A stretch of DNA of 50,433 bases from positions 1 to 50,433 of the forward strand of contig CALWWB010000001.1 in assembly GCA_944385175.1 (NCBI GenBank), in the 5' to 3' direction. This document shows, piece by piece, positions 45,715-50,433 of this stretch. Each line of letters starts with the position of its first letter. Position 1 is the stretch's first letter. The stretch is from an uncultured Oscillospiraceae bacterium. Its GTDB lineage: Bacteria; Bacillota; Clostridia; Oscillospirales; Oscillospiraceae. Position numbers and translations under genes: made by a program. The notes below the pieces were generated by a model. It did no database searches and was not told the origin of the DNA. It worked only from the letters and a program-made list of their open reading frames with translations.

Positions 45715-47520
45715 ATGGAATTTAAACCGAAGAACAGAGATTGGGTAAAAAATGCCGCCATAATCTTCCTGGCGGTGCTGTTGGTGCTGACTTTCTTCTC
45801 CAACACCATAATGAACCGCAGCCTGCCGGAGGTGGCCACTGCCGGAGTTACCGACGGTTCCATTGTTGCCAAAGTCCGGGGTACCGGCACGGTCAAGGCC
45901 AACGGCAGCCATGACGTGAAGACCACCCAGACCCGGGAGATACGCTCCGTCATGGTGAAGGTAGGCCAGGAGGTAAAGACCGGGGACACCCTGTTTGTCC
46001 TGGGGGCAGGAGACAGCCAGGAGCTGGAGGCTGCCAAGGAGACTCTCAGAGATCTTCAGTATGCCTACCAGAAATCCGCCGTGAGTATGCCCAGCTTCAA
46101 TAACACCACGGAGCTGCGGGCGGTGGAGACGGCCAGCAAAGCCCTTGACGAAGCGGACAAGGCCTACAGTGACGCCTTAACTACCTACAATATAATGAAG
46201 GACGAGCTGTCTGACAAAGACACTCTGGACAAGCTCAGCGATGCGGAAGATGCCATGACCAAGGCATATAACACTCTGATATCCGTCCAAGCCAGTTATG
46301 ATCAGGAGTATCAGAGACTCTCTGCCGAAGTAGTGGCCTGGCAGGAGAGGGTAAACCAGCTCACTGAGATTCCGGAGCCCACTCCTACCCCGCCGCCTGA
46401 AGAAGTGACCACTACGCCGGGACAGGATGGGGATAAGAAGGAAAACGGCGATACCCAGGGGCAGGGGGCTGAAGTCCTGTCTGCATCGGGAAGCTATACC
46501 GGGTATATAAATCTGGGGGCTGTGCAGACATATGGTTCCTTAAAGCCCGAGGATGTAAACGATCTGGCTACGGCCAAGGCTTGGCTTGCCTCAGCCCAGG
46601 CAGCCCTGGCAGACTTCGTTGCATCAAATAAAACTACCCTGGAGAATGCCCAGTCCGTATATGATTCTGCCAAAGCCAAGTATGACGCTCTGCTTAAATA
46701 TAACGAGCAGGTGAATTACCAGCTGGTGCCCTATAAGGAGGCTCTGGACAAGGCCGAGGCGGAGATGAAAACTGCCGAGGCAGCCTATGAGGATGCCTGC
46801 AACAATTTGTATTTCACTCAGTCTCAAAACGACAAGACCCTGGCTTCCGCCTCCATAGATCTGCAGCAGCAGGCCGAGAAGATAAAGGCGGCCCAGGAAA
46901 AGGTAAAGCAGCTCTCCGGCGATGCCGGTGATGAGATCACCGCCAATGTGAACGGTGTCGTCACCGCAATAAATGTAAGCGCCGGGGACACCGTAACCAA
47001 GGATACCATAATATGTACCATAGAGGTACCGGATATGGGCCACACCCTGTCCTTCTCCGTCACCAACGACCAGGCACAGCGCCTGCGGGTGGGGGATACG
47101 GCCACCGTCAGCAATTACTACTGGGGCAATGAGATCGTCGCCACTCTGTCCAATATCCGTACCGACCCCAAGAACCCCCAGACCAATAAGGAGCTTACCT
47201 TTGAGCTGGCCGGGGATGTGACCTCCGGCTCCGAGCTGACCATATCCGTGGGCCAGAAGAGCGCAAACTACGACACTATCGTGCCCAACAGCGCCATACG
47301 CAGCGACAGCAACGGAAAGTTTGTCCTGGCGATTGAGGCCAAGTCCTCGCCTCTGGGCAACCGCTATATTGCAAAGCGTGTGAGCGTGGAGGTGCTGGCC
47401 TCAGATGACAACAATTCCGCAGTGGTGGCGGATCTCAGCTATGGAGACTATGTCATCACTACCAGCAATTCTCCTGTAAAGAGCGGTGACCAGGTGAGGA
47501 TGGCGGAGAACAACCCATGA
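45715..47520 (+). CDS. HlyD-type membrane-fusion (periplasmic adaptor) protein, unusually long (601 aa)
   Basis: N-terminal TM. Split lipoyl-like motif (VMVKVGQEVKTGDTLFVL ... VNGVVTAINVSAGDTVTKDTIICTIE). A long Ala/Lys/Glu coiled coil is interrupted by a Pro/Thr-rich linker. C-terminal beta-barrel segments are present. Confidence 0.88.
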   Translation: MEFKPKNRDWVKNAAIIFLAVLLVLTFFSNTIMNRSLPEVATAGVTDGSIVAKVRGTGTVKANGSHDVKTTQTREIRSVMVKVGQEVKTGDTLFVLGAGDSQELEAAKETLRDLQYAYQKSAVSMPSFNNTTELRAVETASKALDEADKAYSDALTTYNIMKDELSDKDTLDKLSDAEDAMTKAYNTLISVQASYDQEYQRLSAEVVAWQERVNQLTEIPEPTPTPPPEEVTTTPGQDGDKKENGDTQGQGAEVLSASGSYTGYINLGAVQTYGSLKPEDVNDLATAKAWLASAQAALADFVASNKTTLENAQSVYDSAKAKYDALLKYNEQVNYQLVPYKEALDKAEAEMKTAEAAYEDACNNLYFTQSQNDKTLASASIDLQQQAEKIKAAQEKVKQLSGDAGDEITANVNGVVTAINVSAGDTVTKDTIICTIEVPDMGHTLSFSVTNDQAQRLRVGDTATVSNYYWGNEIVATLSNIRTDPKNPQTNKELTFELAGDVTSGSELTISVGQKSANYDTIVPNSAIRSDSNGKFVLAIEAKSSPLGNRYIAKRVSVEVLASDDNNSAVVADLSYGDYVITTSNSPVKSGDQVRMAENNP

Positions 47521-48779
47521 GAGAGAAGCTGAAGCGCCTGGCGCTGCCTCTTGCGGCGGCGGTGCTGGCTCTGCTGTGTCTTGTATGCCTGATAATATAT
47601 TCTGCCCTGGCCGGTTCCCTGGACAGCCAGCATCAGGCGGAGCGGTGGCAGGGGGATGGCCAGCTGGAATTCAGCCAGCTGAGCTGCTTCATGTCAGTAG
47701 ACCAGAAGCTCACACTGGACCAGGTATACAGTTTCCGCAAGACAATGATGGACAAGTTCCATGAAGCGGCCCTGGATATTGATAACGATGCCCAGCTTTT
47801 CTGCGATGCCTGGTCAACGACGGGTAAAGCCTATGTTGCCAGCGAGCAGGGCAAAGGGGATGTGAGCGTTATTGCCGTGGGCGGCAACTTCTTCGATTTT
47901 CACCCTATCCGCCTGCTCAGCGGTAATTACATCAGCCCCGACGACCTGATGAAAGACAGGGTACTGCTGGATGAGGAGACTGCATGGCTCCTTTTTGGCG
48001 GCACACAGTTGGAGGGACTGAGCTTCAAGATAGACGGAGTGCCCTTTGTGGTGGCCGGTGTCATTGAGCGGGAACAGGATTTTGCCAGCCTGAAAGCATA
48101 TACCTCCGGCATGGGCATATATATGAGCTATGACGCCTACCTCTCTATTAAGGGCGGAAGCGGCACAACTGCTGCTGCAAGCTCCACAGGTTCCTCCCAA
48201 GGCAACGGCAGTTCCTCCGGCGGTTCTACCGGAGGCAGTTCCTCGGGGAACTCCGGCAGCACCGGCGGAAGTTCAGGCAGTACCGGCGGGAGCTCAGGGA
48301 GCGGCGTTGGTATAGAGTGCTACGAGGTGGTCATGGCCGAGCCTGTAAAGGGATTTGCTCTGAATGTTGCAAAGGAGAAGTTTCCCATAGGCGGCGGTGT
48401 CATAGTGGAAAACTCCACCCGTTATGGCTATGAGAATATATTGAATCTGGTAAAGCAGTTCGGTTCCCGTTCCATGCAGACTCACGGCGTGATTCTGCCC
48501 TACTGGGAAAATGCAGCCAGATGCATTGAAGACTGGTGCCTTGCGCTGCTGCTGGCGGCTATGATAACCGCCGTGCTGCCGCTTGTGCTGATTGTCATTT
48601 ACCTGGTGCGTATCTTCCGCCGGGGCAAGGGCAAGCTGGAGGATGACCTGCTGCCCAAGGCCAAGGAGCGCCTGGGTGAGGCTATAAGAGTCCGTCAGCG
48701 CAGAGCCTGGGAAAGAAGATACGGCAAGAAGAACAAAAAAGAGGACAGCCCTGTCCAGACCGGCGGGGAATCAAACTGA
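47517..48779 (+). CDS. Two-TM protein carrying a MacB-periplasmic-core-like ectodomain but no FtsX helical bundle
   Basis: ATGA overlap with the adaptor gene. After TM1 come NFFDFHPIRLLSGNYISPDD...VLLDEETAWLLFG...FKIDGVPFVVAGVIE (MacB_PCD-like by eye) and a Ser/Gly linker. A single further TM and a basic tail complete the protein. Confidence 0.8.
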   Translation: MREKLKRLALPLAAAVLALLCLVCLIIYSALAGSLDSQHQAERWQGDGQLEFSQLSCFMSVDQKLTLDQVYSFRKTMMDKFHEAALDIDNDAQLFCDAWSTTGKAYVASEQGKGDVSVIAVGGNFFDFHPIRLLSGNYISPDDLMKDRVLLDEETAWLLFGGTQLEGLSFKIDGVPFVVAGVIEREQDFASLKAYTSGMGIYMSYDAYLSIKGGSGTTAAASSTGSSQGNGSSSGGSTGGSSSGNSGSTGGSSGSTGGSSGSGVGIECYEVVMAEPVKGFALNVAKEKFPIGGGVIVENSTRYGYENILNLVKQFGSRSMQTHGVILPYWENAARCIEDWCLALLLAAMITAVLPLVLIVIYLVRIFRRGKGKLEDDLLPKAKERLGEAIRVRQRRAWERRYGKKNKKEDSPVQTGGESN

Positions 48780-48798
48780 AAAGCAAGAAAAAAATTAT

Positions 48799-48834
48799 CA
48801 GGCCGACGGCAAATCCGTCGGCCTGTTGCTTTTG
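48799..48834. terminator. Bidirectional intrinsic terminator
   Basis: 11-bp stem CAGGCCGACGG/CCGTCGGCCTG. TTGCTTTT follows on the plus strand and a T tract follows on the minus strand. Confidence 0.65.
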
Positions 48835-48854
48835 ACTATATAAATATTTGCAGC

Positions 48855-49886
48855 TCACAGCATACCCAGGAAATTCTGCATGGCCAGGCTCACAGCAGTT
48901 ATGCTCACCCAGCAGCAAAAGCCCATGAGTATCGGCTTGCCGCCGCTCTTGACCAGCTTGACGATGTCCGTATTCAGGCCGATGGCGGCCATTGCCATTA
49001 CAATGAAGAATTTTGAAAGCTCCTTGAAGGGCTGGAAGACAGCGGCATCCGCTCCGGCCATGGTGGAGACGGTGGTGATAACGGAGGCCAGAACGAAAAA
49101 CAGGATGAAGAAGGGGAATATCTTCTTCAGAGAGAAGATGCCGCAGCTGGCACTGCTGCCCTTCTTCACCTGCCAGGTGCGCCAGAAAGCCAGAACCAGA
49201 GTGATGGGGATAATGGCAAGAGTGCGGGTGAGCTTGACGATGGTGGCATACTCCAGAACGGCGCCGTTGGTACCGTGAAGGCTGTCCCAGGTGGAGGCGG
49301 CGGCAGTGACGGAAGAAGTGTCGTTGACGGCAGTGCCGGCAAAGAGGCCGAAGCCCTCGTTGCTAAGTCCGATGGCTCCGCCGAAGGTGGGGAATACCAG
49401 AGCCGCAATTACATTAAAAAGAAAAATGACTGAGATGGACTGGGCGATCTCCTCGTCGTTGGCCCCGATGACAGGAGCAGTGGCGGCAATGGCGGAGCCG
49501 CCGCAGATGGAGGAGCCTACACCCACCAGAGTGGAGATATTGGAAGGCATTTTCATAAGCTTACAGAGCAGGAAAGACACTATCAGGGAGGTGGCAATGG
49601 TGGAGCAGATTATAGGCAGGGACTGGGTGCCCACCTTGGCTATTTCCGACAGGTTCAGGCCGAAGCCCAGCAGGATGACCGCATATTGCAGGATCTTTTT
49701 TGAGGTATAGGCTATACCGCCCTGGACCTTGCTCTTGTCTTTCCAGACCAGAGTCAGCAGCATGCCCGCCAGAATGGCGAACACAGGGCCGCCTATGACG
49801 GGGAAGGCCTTGCCCAAAAACCAGCAGGGCAGCGCAATAACAAGGCACAGCAGCAGACCGGGGCCTTTTTTCTTTGTAAAATCCAT
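48855..49886 (-). CDS. YeiH/UPF0324-family membrane protein (putative sulfate exporter family)
   Basis: 343 aa, polytopic. [19 protein letters not shown] is the family signature. RBS AAGAGGGAA. Confidence 0.9.
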   Translation of the reverse strand: MDFTKKKGPGLLLCLVIALPCWFLGKAFPVIGGPVFAILAGMLLTLVWKDKSKVQGGIAYTSKKILQYAVILLGFGLNLSEIAKVGTQSLPIICSTIATSLIVSFLLCKLMKMPSNISTLVGVGSSICGGSAIAATAPVIGANDEEIAQSISVIFLFNVIAALVFPTFGGAIGLSNEGFGLFAGTAVNDTSSVTAAASTWDSLHGTNGAVLEYATIVKLTRTLAIIPITLVLAFWRTWQVKKGSSASCGIFSLKKIFPFFILFFVLASVITTVSTMAGADAAVFQPFKELSKFFIVMAMAAIGLNTDIVKLVKSGGKPILMGFCCWVSITAVSLAMQNFLGML

Positions 49887-49994
49887 ATTAAGTTCCCTCT
49901 TTTCCCAAATTTCCTCTTGATTATATTACAGGAAAACGATAAAATAAAATTACTATTTATAATACTTCGATTATTTATTTTTATAGGTGAGCCT

Positions 49995-50433
49995 ATGCTG
50001 GACCCCAAAATAAACAGTTTTATTGTGCTGTGCGAAACTATGAACTATACCCGGGCGGCGGAGCGACTGTGCCTTACACAGCCGGCCATCTCCCACCATA
50101 TAAAAAGCCTGGAGGAACATTACGGCTGCAAGCTTTTTTCCTATCAGGGCAAGAGCCTGAGTCTGACCGACCAGGGACGCAGGCTGCTGAGCTTTGCCCG
50201 CTCCATGGCCTACAACAGCAAAAGGGCGGAAGAGGCCATGGCTGCACCCCAGGCCCTGAGCCTCAGAGTGGGAGCAACCAAGACCATAGGGGAGTTCGTC
50301 ATTGCCCCCCGGGTGAAGCGTCTCATTCAGGAGAATGAGGGGATATCTTTTTCACTTATTGTGGACCATGCCCGGCAGCCGCTGCGGGAGCTGGACGCTG
50401 GGGAACTGGATATGGCACTGATAGAGGGATATT
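49995..50433 (+). CDS. LysR-family transcriptional regulator (N-terminal part; continues past the right edge)
   Basis: My own translation from ATG 49995 reads MLDPKINSFIVLCETMNYTRAAERLCLTQPAISHHIKSLEEHYGCKLF, a LysR HTH domain. It lies divergent from the YeiH-family gene, the classic yeiE/yeiH arrangement. Confidence 0.9.
   Translation, partial: MLDPKINSFIVLCETMNYTRAAERLCLTQPAISHHIKSLEEHYGCKLFSYQGKSLSLTDQGRRLLSFARSMAYNSKRAEEAMAAPQALSLRVGATKTIGEFVIAPRVKRLIQENEGISFSLIVDHARQPLRELDAGELDMALIEGY

Noticed and set aside
47517-48779. The possibility that the MacB-PCD-only gene is a frameshifted or truncated FtsX permease pseudogene.
   Set aside because: The ORF ends with a coherent TM helix plus a basic cytoplasmic tail. 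It is followed within 20 nt by a strong terminator and then a convergent gene, so no FtsX-coding remnant exists downstream in any frame. I keep it as an intact, unusual gene, but this needs comparison with orthologues.

Overview
This is a chromosomal, housekeeping-dominated stretch from a GC-rich Clostridia-type Firmicute. That placement rests on butyryl-CoA:acetate CoA-transferase-like, DUF1292, NusG-II/Gx-transporter and FHA-RodA genes, with ATA/AGG-rich codon usage despite the high GC. I call 44 protein-coding genes, two of them cut by the window edges. They cover cell-wall synthesis (class A PBP, FHA-SEDS/PBP2 operon, polysaccharide deacetylase), central metabolism and cofactors (gdhA, nadE, coaX, plsY), translation and RNA modification (glyQS, rsmI, RumA- and RluA-family enzymes, ProX-like deacylase, ABC-F), two OmpR-type two-component systems, an HtrA protease, an Mrp/NifX-like Fe-S pair, a MATE pump, and a YeiH/LysR pair. 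I see no rRNA, tRNA, CRISPR array, IS element, prophage or recognisable defence genes. The best candidate for something undescribed is the locus at 38.9-48.8 kb. There a two-component system faces a fused 811-aa lipoprotein (unknown N-terminal domain plus solute-binding domain). After a 363-nt spacer packed with stem-loops come two sugar-type importer permeases, translationally chained to a long HlyD-type adaptor and to a protein that is only the MacB periplasmic domain between two TM helices. No ATPase is present. Secondary items are an unclassified structured ~230-270 nt RNA candidate after the DUF1292 gene, a NifX-like protein with a Cys/Gly/His-rich tail, an ABC-F gene embedded in a SEDS/PBP2 operon, a probable leaderless transcript, and several candidate operators and leaders. 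All family assignments come from reading motifs by eye and from memory of families. No database search was possible.
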